The notes under the pieces are model-generated. The model saw only the letters and a program-made list of their open reading frames with translations, did not search any database and had not been told where the DNA came from. 32,585 nucleotides of DNA from a virus. Lineage: Duplodnaviria > Caudoviricetes. Location: the IMG/VR virus record IMGVR_UViG_3300017650_000208, positions 1 to 32,585 of that record. One strand, given 5' to 3'. Numbering within the stretch: the stretch's first letter is position 1; each line of letters starts with the position of its first letter. The position numbers were made by a program, and so were the translations under genes. Below are positions 16,062 to 25,504 of this stretch, one piece after another.

Positions 16062-16432
16062 AAAAATTGGTTCTCGCGCTCTCTTGCCTGTCCGCACTGG
16101 CTGCCTGTAATGACGCGGACGTCGCGTCGCGCAACCTCTCGAAGGCCGCTGACAACTTCGAGATCAACCGCCGCGTTGTGTTCTACAACGGCATCACGGG
16201 CGAGTACATGCTGAGCATCGAAGGGCTTTGCTCTCTCGGAAACGCCGACAAGAGCCGGGAGGTGACGATCACCTGTAAAACCGGGCCGGCCAGTTTCAAG
16301 AAGCACTTCCTCGGACTGTCGGACAACGTGACGTACTTTGTGGAGCAGCTCGACGCGGCCAACGTCAGCGCATACCACTACAAGGTCGTTTTCAAGCCGT
16401 CGGTGATTGTCCCGGACATCTCGATCAAGTAA
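16058..16432 (+). CDS. Conserved phage lipoprotein
   Basis: LAAC lipobox; ADVASRNLSKAADNFEINRRVVFYNGIT motif. Confidence 0.85.
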   Translation: MKKLVLALSCLSALAACNDADVASRNLSKAADNFEINRRVVFYNGITGEYMLSIEGLCSLGNADKSREVTITCKTGPASFKKHFLGLSDNVTYFVEQLDAANVSAYHYKVVFKPSVIVPDISIK

Positions 16433-16441
16433 GGAGCGAAC

Positions 16442-16543
16442 ATGACGCCCGACGCGCAAGACATCGTCTTCGTCCTGGTGTGGACATTCCTTTGTCTGAT
16501 GGGGATGGCTGCCTACTCCGACGTCATCGGGAGGACGGAATGA
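16442..16543 (+). CDS. Small TM peptide (33 aa)
   Basis: AAGGAG RBS; hydrophobic core; ATGA overlap. Confidence 0.5.
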   Translation: MTPDAQDIVFVLVWTFLCLMGMAAYSDVIGRTE

Positions 16544-16788
16544 GCGCACACGCCTACATCCAATACGCAGACGTCCCGCAGAGCTTGATCGATACGAGCA
16601 GGCAGCACATCGACGGAGTGACAGGTGCCAAGGTCATCGCCTTCGAAGGCTGCCCGTTCGCCGGCCAGATCGAGAGCGACGGCGACGCGCTTGAAGTCGA
16701 GTTCCCGTTCCCGCGCAACGCCGAGCTGCGAGACAGCTTCGTCGCTTGGCTCATGAACTGGGGCATCAGTTTCATGGTGGCGATGTGA
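16540..16788 (+). CDS. Hypothetical protein
   Basis: GGAGG RBS; coupled ORF. Confidence 0.65.
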   Translation: MSAHAYIQYADVPQSLIDTSRQHIDGVTGAKVIAFEGCPFAGQIESDGDALEVEFPFPRNAELRDSFVAWLMNWGISFMVAM

Positions 16789-16982
16789 GACGGTTCGAGT
16801 TCATGGACCCGGCAATCGTCCTTGAGCGCAAGCAAGAGGGCACATGCCTGGGCTGCGTCCAACTCGTGCTGTCTCGCTGGGGTGGAGTTCGGAAGTACGT
16901 GTGCAGCAGAGGAAATCAGAAAGCGTCACTCGATTGGGTCGAGATGCGCCGATGCAATAAATACGAGGCGGAGGTTGAATGA
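16785..16982 (+). CDS. Small 4-Cys hypothetical protein
   Basis: GTGA overlap; CxxC...C...C pattern. Confidence 0.6.
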   Translation: MRRFEFMDPAIVLERKQEGTCLGCVQLVLSRWGGVRKYVCSRGNQKASLDWVEMRRCNKYEAEVE

Positions 16983-17407
16983 AGTTCGAGACGAACGAGG
17001 CGCGGTTCGACAATTGGGGCATGACGGTGCGCATGCCCAAGTTCCAATCGGGAGTTTGCGCGCAGTGGGCGCAACTCTATGTCGCATTGCGCGACGCCAA
17101 AGAAGCACCCTCCGGCGTGACGCCCGTCGAAAAGGATGGCTGGCTCGTTGAGGCGGCTTGGTCGACGATGCCGAACCACGTGCACAAGTGGGTACTGAAG
17201 TACACCTACGTCTGGAGGATGTCGCCGGAGCAGGTGCAGACCCGCATGCGGAAGCAGCACAAGGCCGTATTGCGCGGGAGGCAATTCGAAATCGTGCTGG
17301 CTGAAGCAGAAAATTCGCTGCGGCAGCACATCTCGAGGATCCATGCCCAATCGTTCATGAAGAGCTTGAAAAAGAACGGTTGTAAACCAGCGGCAACCGT
17401 CCTATAA
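16979..17407 (+). CDS. Putative late antiterminator (Q-like)
   Basis: Last early gene; RFDNWG N-terminus and sigma-region-4-like C-terminus; followed by a consensus promoter and terminator. Confidence 0.65.
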   Translation: MKFETNEARFDNWGMTVRMPKFQSGVCAQWAQLYVALRDAKEAPSGVTPVEKDGWLVEAAWSTMPNHVHKWVLKYTYVWRMSPEQVQTRMRKQHKAVLRGRQFEIVLAEAENSLRQHISRIHAQSFMKSLKKNGCKPAATVL

Positions 17408-17408
17408 T
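17380..17408 (+). promoter_or_regulatory. Late promoter pR'
   Basis: TTGTAA-17 nt-TATAAT; -10-like CAGATT pause element at 17414-17419. Confidence 0.85.
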
Positions 17409-17481
17409 CGCGCCAGATTACCGAATCCGCCTCGCGCGTGAGCTTTCGCTTCCCGACTGGGAGGCGAAGTCGTCGGTAGAG

Positions 17482-17513
17482 AAAGCCCGCCACTGTGCGG
17501 GCTTTTTGCTTTC
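17482..17513 (+). terminator. tR' terminator
   Basis: AAAGCCCGC-6 nt-GCGGGCTTT plus T-tract. Confidence 0.85.
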
Positions 17514-17562
17514 TCGAACACGTTCATCCGTGTCTCCTCGGCGGGGCAACTGCCCTGATTTG

Positions 17563-17594
17563 ACGCCTCGGCTTTTGCCGGGGCGTTTTCTTTT
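17563..17594 (+). terminator. Second late-leader terminator
   Basis: ACGCCTCGGC-TTTT-GCCGGGGCGT plus TTTCTTTT. Confidence 0.75.
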
Positions 17595-17605
17595 AGGAGG
17601 TTGCT

Positions 17606-18331
17606 ATGCTGAAGTTCAATCCCGACACCAACGTCATCTTCGATAACGAAGAGGCGGCTGTCGCACCGATCCGTGAAATCACGCGCGACGAGATTCCCGA
17701 TCTGATCGCAAACGGAGCGGGCGTTGACCCGAGTGCCAACGTGGGGGAGCAAACCTCGTCGCCAGCCCAGACGGATGGCGATGCCCAGGCTGCTCAGGCC
17801 CCGGCTGTGTCTGCGACCGGCTCGGATACGGACGCTGACGTGGGAAAGCCCGTCGACACGTCCTCGATCTCGCCCGCAGCATCCAACGGCGAATCCGCGG
17901 CGGCGGCTGACGAGGGAAAAGCGGCAGATACGCCCGTGACCTCCGACTCGCAATCAGTCGACGCTTCGCCAGCGGTGATTTCTGACGCGCAGGCCGACCC
18001 GGGCGGTGCGGGCGCTGCCGACCTCAATCCGACGCCGGCCGCACCGAACCTTGATGCGCAAGCGCCGGCAAGCGTGTCGTCGGACGCTGTCCCTTTGGAC
18101 GTTGGTGGCGCCGCTGATGCGGAGGCTAGCAGTGCTGAAGCGGGGGAGTCCGATGCGGCGCTTTCTGCTTCCCAGACTGGCTCTGGCTCGGATGAGCATC
18201 CGCTGACCATCATCGGCGAGATTGAAGCGTTGGTGCGCATGGTCGGCAACGCCGCTGTGCATGAGTATCAGCGATTGATCCAGCGTCTGGCGGACCTCAA
18301 GAATCACCCGACCATCAAGGACGGCGAGTAA
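17606..18331 (+). CDS. Acidic Ala/Asp/Ser-rich, largely disordered protein
   Basis: AGGAGG RBS; low-complexity core with short ordered ends. Confidence 0.75.
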   Translation: MLKFNPDTNVIFDNEEAAVAPIREITRDEIPDLIANGAGVDPSANVGEQTSSPAQTDGDAQAAQAPAVSATGSDTDADVGKPVDTSSISPAASNGESAAAADEGKAADTPVTSDSQSVDASPAVISDAQADPGGAGAADLNPTPAAPNLDAQAPASVSSDAVPLDVGGAADAEASSAEAGESDAALSASQTGSGSDEHPLTIIGEIEALVRMVGNAAVHEYQRLIQRLADLKNHPTIKDGE

Positions 18332-19017
18332 TGGAGAGCCCAATCCGCATCAGCGTTCAGTCGGATCTCGACGCGCTGACGCGGAGGCTCAACGATTTCG
18401 AACGCAAGCAACTGCCGTTCGCGTCTGCACAGGCGCTGACGGCGGTCGCAAAACGCGTTCAGGCCGCCGAGAAAGCGGCCCTCCCTCAAGTGTTCGATCG
18501 GCCGACGCCATTCACGGTCAATTCGATCGGCGTGAAAGCCGCGCGCAAGAACACGCAGGAAGCGATGGTGTTCGTGAAGGACATCGCCGCCGCGTATCTC
18601 GCGCCGTACGAGTTTGGCGGCACGCACAAGCTCATCGGCTCGGGCAAGACGTGGCTGAATCCAAAGGACATGGCGCTGCTGAACCAGTATGGCAACTTCA
18701 GTCGCACTGCGCTGAAGCGTCTCGAAGGTCGGCCCGACATCTTCGTTGGCTCGATCAAGACGGCGAGCGGCGAATCGATCGGTGGCGTGTGGCAGCGTCC
18801 GACAGACGTCAAGGCTATCAAGCGCAGCGGCAAGCGTGGCGTCGCTCTGCGCGGTGCGAACAAGACGAGTCACCTGCGACTGCTAGTCCGCTTCGGCGAC
18901 GCCCAGCCGGTCAAGCAGCACCTCGACTTTGGCAAGCGCGGCCGCGAGGTTGTCGCATCCACATATCGCGCCGAGTTTGCTGCGGCGTTTGCAAAGGCGC
19001 TCGCGACGGCACGGTGA
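18331..19017 (+). CDS. Conserved phage protein (possibly gpZ-like tail/neck component)
   Basis: KQLPFASAQALT..FDRPTPFT motif typical of prophage late genes. Confidence 0.7.
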   Translation: MESPIRISVQSDLDALTRRLNDFERKQLPFASAQALTAVAKRVQAAEKAALPQVFDRPTPFTVNSIGVKAARKNTQEAMVFVKDIAAAYLAPYEFGGTHKLIGSGKTWLNPKDMALLNQYGNFSRTALKRLEGRPDIFVGSIKTASGESIGGVWQRPTDVKAIKRSGKRGVALRGANKTSHLRLLVRFGDAQPVKQHLDFGKRGREVVASTYRAEFAAAFAKALATAR

Positions 19018-19023
19018 TCGACG

Positions 19024-19233
19024 ATGAGGATCTATAAGTGCACGAACTTCACCGGCTTTTATCCGGTGGGAGTCGCCGCGGTGGTCGTTGCTGAATGCGC
19101 GTCTGCTGCCGAGCATCTGCTCAACGTGGCATTGCAAGCTGTCGGGTTGCCCGGTGATGCACACATCAGTGAAGAAGACGCGATCAACTCTGCTGTGCCA
19201 GGCATCGTGATGCTCAGGAACGGCGAATACTGA
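19024..19233 (+). CDS. Hypothetical phage protein
   Basis: Clean 69-aa ORF in operon orientation. Confidence 0.6.
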   Translation: MRIYKCTNFTGFYPVGVAAVVVAECASAAEHLLNVALQAVGLPGDAHISEEDAINSAVPGIVMLRNGEY

Positions 19234-19324
19234 CGCGCGCCGCGCGCCGGATGGTTGTAAAACGTGCACGGCGAGAGGGCGGGGTGGGGTGATTTGGGAG
19301 GGGTGGCAGGTATGGTTTACAAGC

Positions 19325-19370
19325 GGGTCCTCCGCCGCCCTTCTACTTCGCGGGCACTGCGCGCGCGCGA
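19325..19370 (+). promoter_or_regulatory. Putative cos site (cosQ-like plus cosN-like)
   Basis: GGGTCCT (identical to lambda cosQ) at 19325-19331, then a TCGCG..CGCGA symmetric GC-rich element just before terS. Confidence 0.6.
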
Positions 19371-19417
19371 TCTTTCTCTAGCCACAAAAATTTGAAATTT
19401 GGGTAACACCAGCGGCG

Positions 19418-19996
19418 ATGAATCAGAGCGAGTTTGCAACTCTCCACGGCGTCAGTCGAAAGACGGTCACGAAATGGAAGGAGCGCGGCTGGCTTGTGTT
19501 TGCGGGCGATGAAGTCGATGTCGATGCCTCGAATGCGCTGCTGAAAAAGTACCGGCGCGACGGCACGCCGGCTGTTACCCCGCCTGTTACCCAAGCGTCG
19601 GCGGGTAACAAACCGAAAACCGTTACCCAGGCGGCCAGCGAGGTAACGCTCGGCGAGCGCGAGAGCGCGGCCGACGCCGCAGACCGTATCTTGTCGGGCA
19701 ACGTGCAGCTTCTCGACTTCGACGAAGCGCGCTGCTTCAAAGAGAACTATCTCGGGCTGAAGGCTCAGCTCGAATACGACCGCGATTCCGGTCTGGTGAT
19801 CGACGTCGCCGAAGTGGCGAAAGCCGTCGGTACTGAATACGCCAAGGTCCGAACCCGCCTGCTGTCGATTCCCGCGGAACAGGCTCCGCGTCTCCATCGG
19901 TGCAAGACGCCTGCTGAGCTGCAGGACATGTTGCAGGAGGTCATTACAGAAGCACTCGAAGAACTCACGCGCGATGGAGCAGGCAACCCTAAATAG
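19418..19996 (+). CDS. Terminase small subunit (Nu1-like)
   Basis: N-terminal HTH (QSEFATLHGVSRKTVTKW), C-terminal coiled coil; precedes TerL. Confidence 0.85.
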   Translation: MNQSEFATLHGVSRKTVTKWKERGWLVFAGDEVDVDASNALLKKYRRDGTPAVTPPVTQASAGNKPKTVTQAASEVTLGERESAADAADRILSGNVQLLDFDEARCFKENYLGLKAQLEYDRDSGLVIDVAEVAKAVGTEYAKVRTRLLSIPAEQAPRLHRCKTPAELQDMLQEVITEALEELTRDGAGNPK

Positions 19997-21995
19997 CACA
20001 CGGCGGTACGCGCGCGGCTATGCGGCGTTGCGCGCGGGCCTCGCTGCGGCTCTTCGCCAGAACCTGACGCCGCCGCCGAAGCTTACGCTGAGCGAATGGG
20101 CGGAGCGCTATGCGGTGCTCTCTCGGGAAACGAGCGCGCAAACTGGGCGCTTCCGGGCGTTCGGGTATCAGAGGGGCATGCTGGATGCAGTAACCGACCC
20201 CAGCGTCGAGAAGATCAGCGTCATGAAGTCGGCTCGGGTCGGCTACACCAAGCTGATGGATCACGCAGTCGGCTTCTTCATCCACCAGGATCCTTCGCCG
20301 ATTCTCGTCGTGCAGCCGCGCGTCGAGGATGCGGAGAGCTATTCGAAGACCGAAATCGCGCCGATGCTGCGCGACACGCCGGTGCTGGCGGAGATCGCGG
20401 GCGATCAGAAGGCGAAGAACAGCGATCAGACGATCCTCGCGAAGACGTTTCGCAACGGTTCGAGCCTGACACTCGTCGGCGCGAACAGTCCGGCAGGCTT
20501 CCGGCGGATCACGTCACGCGTCGTCATGTTCGACGAGGTCGATGCCTATCCGGTCGACGGCGCGGGCAACGAAGGCGATCAGATCGCCCTTGGCACGAAG
20601 CGGTCCGAAACCTTCTGGAACCGCAAGATCGTCCTCGGCTCGACGCCGACGGTGAAGGGCTATAGCCGGATCGAGAAGAGCTTCAACGAAAGCGATCAGC
20701 GCTACTTCTTCGTGGCCTGCCCGCACTGCGGCGAGCACCAGGTGCTCGAATGGGGCAGCCCCGAAACGCCGTACGGCATGAAGTGGGACAAGGACGAGCA
20801 CGGCAACGGCATTCCGGAAAGCGTCTACTACGTCTGCCGGCACAACGGCTGCATCATCCACGAGGCCGACAAGGCTGACATGGTGACGAACGGTGAATGG
20901 CGCGCGACGAAGCCATTCAAGGGGCATGCCGGTTTCCATATCTGGGCCGGATACAGCCTCTTTCCGAACGCGTGCTGGTCGAACCTCGTTGCCGAATGGC
21001 TCCGCGTGAAGGACGACCCGCTGGCGCGGCAGACGTTCATCAACCTCGTGCTCGGCGAGCCGTACGAGGATCGCGGCGATCGCGCGCTGAGCGAGACGCG
21101 GCTGGCGGCTCGCACGGAAGTCTGGGATGCGGAAGTGCCCGACGGCGTCGGTCTGATCACAGTCGGCGGCGACGTCCAAGACGACCGCGTCGAGCTCGAA
21201 ACGATCGGCTGGGGGCATAACGAGGAAAGCTGGTCGATAGATCACGCGGTCATCGAGGGCGACCCCGAGAGCGCGGAGCTTTGGAAACGCGTCGACGAGT
21301 ACCTGAAGAGGGTTTGGCGGCGCGCGGACGGTCGCGGTTTCGCAGTATCCGCCGCCTGTATCGACTCCGGTGGTCACCACACGCAGAAAGTGTACGAGTT
21401 CGCGAAGGCGCGACTCGGGCGCCGCATCTGGGCGATCAAGGGCGAGTCGGCGCGCGGCGGCGCGCGGTCACCTGTCTGGCCGACGAAGCGGCCTTCGTCG
21501 CGAACGAAATCGACGTTCCGGCCGGTCATCATCGGCGTGAATGCGGCGAAGGACGTGATTCGCGAGCGGCTGCGTCGCGATCCCGAAGACAACGACGGTG
21601 TGCTGACGTACCCGGCCGGATATATGCATTTCCCGACGGACCGCGACATCAACTACTTTGCGCAGCTGATCTCGGAGCGCTCGGTGACGAAGTTTGCCAA
21701 CGGGCAGAAGTTTCGAGTGTGGGAATTGCCGCCTGGCCGCGCGAACGAAGCGCTCGACATTCGGGTGTACGGCTACGCAGCGCTGTGCGGCCTCATGCAC
21801 ATGGGCCTCAAGTTGAACCGGCGTGTCGAAGCGGTGCAGGCGGATCCGACCGATCTTCTGCCGCCTGCTCCGGAGACGCGGCAGGAGGTCGAGCTCGATG
21901 TCGTGAGCGCGGCGCGGCCAGTGCGGCCAGATGGCCCGATCATCAAACAGGCGCAGCCTGAGAAACGCTCTCGGATCCGGCGGCTCGCCGGCTGA
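19974..21995 (+). CDS. Terminase large subunit (lambda GpA family)
   Basis: KSARVGYT Walker A, VMFDEVD Walker B, GSTPT, CPHCG, NEALD. Confidence 0.96.
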   Translation: MEQATLNSTRRYARGYAALRAGLAAALRQNLTPPPKLTLSEWAERYAVLSRETSAQTGRFRAFGYQRGMLDAVTDPSVEKISVMKSARVGYTKLMDHAVGFFIHQDPSPILVVQPRVEDAESYSKTEIAPMLRDTPVLAEIAGDQKAKNSDQTILAKTFRNGSSLTLVGANSPAGFRRITSRVVMFDEVDAYPVDGAGNEGDQIALGTKRSETFWNRKIVLGSTPTVKGYSRIEKSFNESDQRYFFVACPHCGEHQVLEWGSPETPYGMKWDKDEHGNGIPESVYYVCRHNGCIIHEADKADMVTNGEWRATKPFKGHAGFHIWAGYSLFPNACWSNLVAEWLRVKDDPLARQTFINLVLGEPYEDRGDRALSETRLAARTEVWDAEVPDGVGLITVGGDVQDDRVELETIGWGHNEESWSIDHAVIEGDPESAELWKRVDEYLKRVWRRADGRGFAVSAACIDSGGHHTQKVYEFAKARLGRRIWAIKGESARGGARSPVWPTKRPSSRTKSTFRPVIIGVNAAKDVIRERLRRDPEDNDGVLTYPAGYMHFPTDRDINYFAQLISERSVTKFANGQKFRVWELPPGRANEALDIRVYGYAALCGLMHMGLKLNRRVEAVQADPTDLLPPAPETRQEVELDVVSAARPVRPDGPIIKQAQPEKRSRIRRLAG

Positions 21996-22012
21996 AGCAT
22001 AGGAGAACCACT

Positions 22013-22288
22013 TTGCGTTGCTTCGACCCGAGCCGCAGCCTGCTCGCCGGCATGGATCAGACAGCGCTGCGGCAGTCACTCGCCAATGCGCAGCAGATCT
22101 ACATCCAGTTGTCGACGGGCGCGCAAGGCGAGTCTTACTCGTACACGCAGGGCGACGGCACGCGCTCAGTCACGTACACGCGCGCAAACCTCGCGGAGCT
22201 TGCTGCGGCGATCCAGTTGATGCAAGCGCAGCTCGGCATCGTCTCGTCGCCCCGCAGAGCAAACCGAATCACCTTCACACGGCGATAA
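22013..22288 (+). CDS. gpW-like head completion protein
   Basis: AGGAG RBS + TTG; GDGTRSVTYTRANL motif; lies between TerL and portal. Confidence 0.85.
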   Translation: MRCFDPSRSLLAGMDQTALRQSLANAQQIYIQLSTGAQGESYSYTQGDGTRSVTYTRANLAELAAAIQLMQAQLGIVSSPRRANRITFTRR

Positions 22289-22291
22289 CGC

Positions 22292-23950
22292 ATGGAATCG
22301 AACGTACAGCTACTTGGTCCGGACGGGAAGCCGCTGCCGGAGCGCAAGAGCCGTGCGCTCGCGCTGAACGGCAGCTATAGCGGGTACGGCAGCACCAGCG
22401 CATTCGATGCGGCGGACATGTCCAGCCAGCACATGCGGGACTGGAACCCAGTACTTTGGTCGCCGGATGGCGAACTCAACCCGTACCGCGATCGCATCGT
22501 CTCGCGCGTGCGCGACCTGGTGCGCAACGACGGTTGGGCGTCGGCGGCGGTCACGCGCACGCTCGACAACGTCATCGGTGCCGACTTCCGGCCGATCTCG
22601 AAGCCGGATTACCGCGCGCTCGCCGCGATGACCGGCAACAAGAAATTCGATCACGTCTGGGCCGATGAGTTTGGACGTGCGCTCGAGGCGGGTTGGCGCA
22701 CGTGGTCGGAAGATCCTGCGCACTTCTGCGACGCGCAGCGCAAGCTGACGGTCCCGCAGATGATGCGCTTGGCGTTCCGCCACAAGATTGTCGACGGCGA
22801 CGCGCTCGCGATCCTTCAGTGGATGCCCGAGCGCCTGCCGCGCGGCGCGCGCTACGCGACCGTTCTGCAGCTGATTGACCCTGACCGCCTGTCGAACCCG
22901 CAACAGAATTTTGACCGCCAGACGATGCGAGGCGGCGTCGAGGTGGACGAATACGGTGCGCCCGTTGCGTATCACATCCGCAAGGCGCATCAAGGTGACT
23001 GGTTCAGCGGCGGAAAGCAGGTGACGTGGGAGCGGATTGCAGCCGAAACAGATTGGGGCCGTCCGATCGTCGTCCATGACTATGACTTCGACCGCGCATC
23101 GCAGCATCGCGGCGGCGCGGGCATTCTGACGCCTGTGCTTCAGCGGCTGAAGATGTTGATCAAGTACGACGGCACCGAACTCGACGCGGCGATCATCAAC
23201 GCGATCTTTGGCGCTTACGTCACGAGCCCGTTCGATAAGCAGCTCGTGACCGAGGCGCTCGGTGACGGCGAAGACGCCGAGGCGTACAACGGGTATCAGG
23301 ACGCGCGAGCGGATTTTCACGACAAGACGGACCTCCGTCTTGGCGGCGCGCGCCTGCCGATCCTGTTTCCCGGCGAACAGATCAACACCGTGTCAGCTAC
23401 CCGGCCGGCGGGCAACTTCGCCGAGTTCGAGAACGCCATGCTGCGCAACGTCGCAGCTGGTACCGGTATGTCGGCGCAGCAGATCACGCAGAACTGGGCA
23501 GACGTCAACTACTCGTCATATCGCGCCGCGGCGCTTGAAGCGTGGAAGACGTTCGATCGGCGCCGCAGTGATTTCGGTCGCGGATTTGGCCAGCCCATTT
23601 TGTGCGCGATGGTCGAGGAAATGATGGACATCGGCGAGCTTCCGCTCCCGGCCGGAGCACCGGAGTTCGCGATGGCGAGAGCGGCATATACGCGTGCGTG
23701 GTGGATCGGCCCCGGTCGCGGCTACGTCGATCCGATGAAAGAACGTCAGGGCGCGGTGCTCGGCATCGAGTCGGGTCTGTCGACGCTCGAAGACGAATCG
23801 GCGCAGCTGTCGGGCAACGACTGGCGCGACAACATCGATCAGCGCGCGATTGAGATCCAGTACTTCAAGGATCGTGGCATTCCTCTTCCCTCGACGCTGA
23901 AGGACGACGCGACGGCGGACGAGGTAACACAGGAACCCAAGGCCCAATGA
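22292..23950 (+). CDS. Portal protein (lambda family)
   Basis: RVRDLVRND, GGVEVDEYG, NYSSYR, YVDPMKE motifs. Confidence 0.95.
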   Translation: MESNVQLLGPDGKPLPERKSRALALNGSYSGYGSTSAFDAADMSSQHMRDWNPVLWSPDGELNPYRDRIVSRVRDLVRNDGWASAAVTRTLDNVIGADFRPISKPDYRALAAMTGNKKFDHVWADEFGRALEAGWRTWSEDPAHFCDAQRKLTVPQMMRLAFRHKIVDGDALAILQWMPERLPRGARYATVLQLIDPDRLSNPQQNFDRQTMRGGVEVDEYGAPVAYHIRKAHQGDWFSGGKQVTWERIAAETDWGRPIVVHDYDFDRASQHRGGAGILTPVLQRLKMLIKYDGTELDAAIINAIFGAYVTSPFDKQLVTEALGDGEDAEAYNGYQDARADFHDKTDLRLGGARLPILFPGEQINTVSATRPAGNFAEFENAMLRNVAAGTGMSAQQITQNWADVNYSSYRAAALEAWKTFDRRRSDFGRGFGQPILCAMVEEMMDIGELPLPAGAPEFAMARAAYTRAWWIGPGRGYVDPMKERQGAVLGIESGLSTLEDESAQLSGNDWRDNIDQRAIEIQYFKDRGIPLPSTLKDDATADEVTQEPKAQ

Positions 23951-24831
23951 ACAACCTTCTCCCACGACTGGCGACGCGGATGTTCAACACGCCCGTCGCT
24001 ATTCATCCGCGCAAGGCGGAGATCGTGGTGGCGGCGCTCGCCGATCGGCTCGGCATTGGCGGCATGGTAAGGCTGGACGGTACCGGCATCGTTCCGATGG
24101 CGATGGAAGATGATGAGTACGGCTTTGCGGAGCCGGGCCGCACGCCGCGCGCCGGGTACGACAATGTGGGCGGCGTTGCGGTAATTGAGGTTCAGGGCAC
24201 GCTGGTTCAGAAGCTCGGTTCCTTGCGTCCATACAGCGGAATGTCGGGATACGACGGGATTCGCCAAAATTTGCTGATGGCGCTCGATGATCCGGACGTC
24301 AGTGCCATTGCGCTCGACATCGACTCACCCGGGGGAGAAGTGGCCGGATGCTTCGATCTTGTCGACATGATTTACGGCGCGCGCGGCGTGAAACCGATCT
24401 GGTCGATTCTCAACGAGTCGGCCTATAGCGCCGCATATGCGATCGCGAGCGCTGCTGATCGCATCATCGTGCCGCGTACGGGCGGCGTGGGAAGCATCGG
24501 CGTCATCTGCGCGCACGTCGATTTGTCTGAAGCGCTGTCGAAGGCTGGCATGAAGGTGACTTTCATCACCTACGGGGATTACAAAGCCGACGGCCATTCT
24601 GAGATCCCGCTTGCGCCCGATGCACTGGCGCGCTTTCAGGCAGACATCAACACGATGGGCGAACTGTTTGTTGAAACGGTTGCCCGCAACAGAAATATCG
24701 CGGCCGCCACGGTGCGCGATACGCAAGCCGCAACGTTCATGGGCGAGAAGGGTGTCGCTCTCGGACTAGCGGATGAAGTGGCGGCTCCCGATGCCGCGTT
24801 TCGGGCCCTGATCCAGTCGATCCGGTCTTAA
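23947..24831 (+). CDS. S49 family head maturation protease
   Basis: DIDSPGG, AYSAAYAIAS, GSIGV motifs. Confidence 0.93.
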   Translation: MNNLLPRLATRMFNTPVAIHPRKAEIVVAALADRLGIGGMVRLDGTGIVPMAMEDDEYGFAEPGRTPRAGYDNVGGVAVIEVQGTLVQKLGSLRPYSGMSGYDGIRQNLLMALDDPDVSAIALDIDSPGGEVAGCFDLVDMIYGARGVKPIWSILNESAYSAAYAIASAADRIIVPRTGGVGSIGVICAHVDLSEALSKAGMKVTFITYGDYKADGHSEIPLAPDALARFQADINTMGELFVETVARNRNIAAATVRDTQAATFMGEKGVALGLADEVAAPDAAFRALIQSIRS

Positions 24832-24853
24832 ATTTTCATTCAAGGGAAGCTAT

Positions 24854-25477
24854 ATGAAGCTCTCGAAGATCGCGAGCGCGATGCCGTTCGCCCATTTCCT
24901 CGGGCTGCCGAGCGCGTCCGCGTCGTCGCCGAGCGCGGCCGCCCGCGCGGAAGAAGACGAGGATCGCAAGCAGCGCGACGACGAGTCCGACGAGGATTAC
25001 GCGAAGCGCATGGAAGAGCAGGACAAGAAAGACGAAGAGGCGCGCAAGGCCGAACAGGATGAGAAGGACAAGGAAGCGAACCGCGCTGAAGAAACGGACG
25101 ACGACGTTGACGCAGAGGCCGACGACAAGGAAGACAAGGAAGAAGGCAAGCGCGCCGGTCGTGCAAAGGGCGCCCGCCAACGCGAGCGCGTGCGCTGCGC
25201 AGCCATCGTGGCCGAAGGCATGAAGCGAGGCATGGTCAAGCAAGCATGCGCGTTTGCGTTCGACACCAATATGTCGGCGAGCGAGGCGATCAACGCGCTG
25301 TCGTTTGGCCAGGCTGAGCAAGCAGCGGCGTCTCCGTCGGCGCGTAAGCCCTCCCTCGACGAGCGTATGGCACACGCCCGTCCGCGCAACCCGGGCGATT
25401 CGGCACCTGCAGCGGCAGAGCCGACGCTGGCAGAACGCATCATCGCGGCGGGCAAACTCCGTCGCGGCGAGCTCTAA
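24854..25477 (+). CDS. Capsid scaffolding-like protein
   Basis: Highly charged coiled coil with ERVRCAAI (Nu3-like); position after the protease. Confidence 0.7.
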   Translation: MKLSKIASAMPFAHFLGLPSASASSPSAAARAEEDEDRKQRDDESDEDYAKRMEEQDKKDEEARKAEQDEKDKEANRAEETDDDVDAEADDKEDKEEGKRAGRAKGARQRERVRCAAIVAEGMKRGMVKQACAFAFDTNMSASEAINALSFGQAEQAAASPSARKPSLDERMAHARPRNPGDSAPAAAEPTLAERIIAAGKLRRGEL

Positions 25478-25504
25478 TCCCTCCCCACACCCGGAGAAAC
25501 CCAA

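Noticed and set aside
24940-25150. GAC/GAA/AAG-rich repetitive DNA
   Set aside because: Simply encodes the Asp/Glu/Lys-rich coiled coil of the scaffold-like protein
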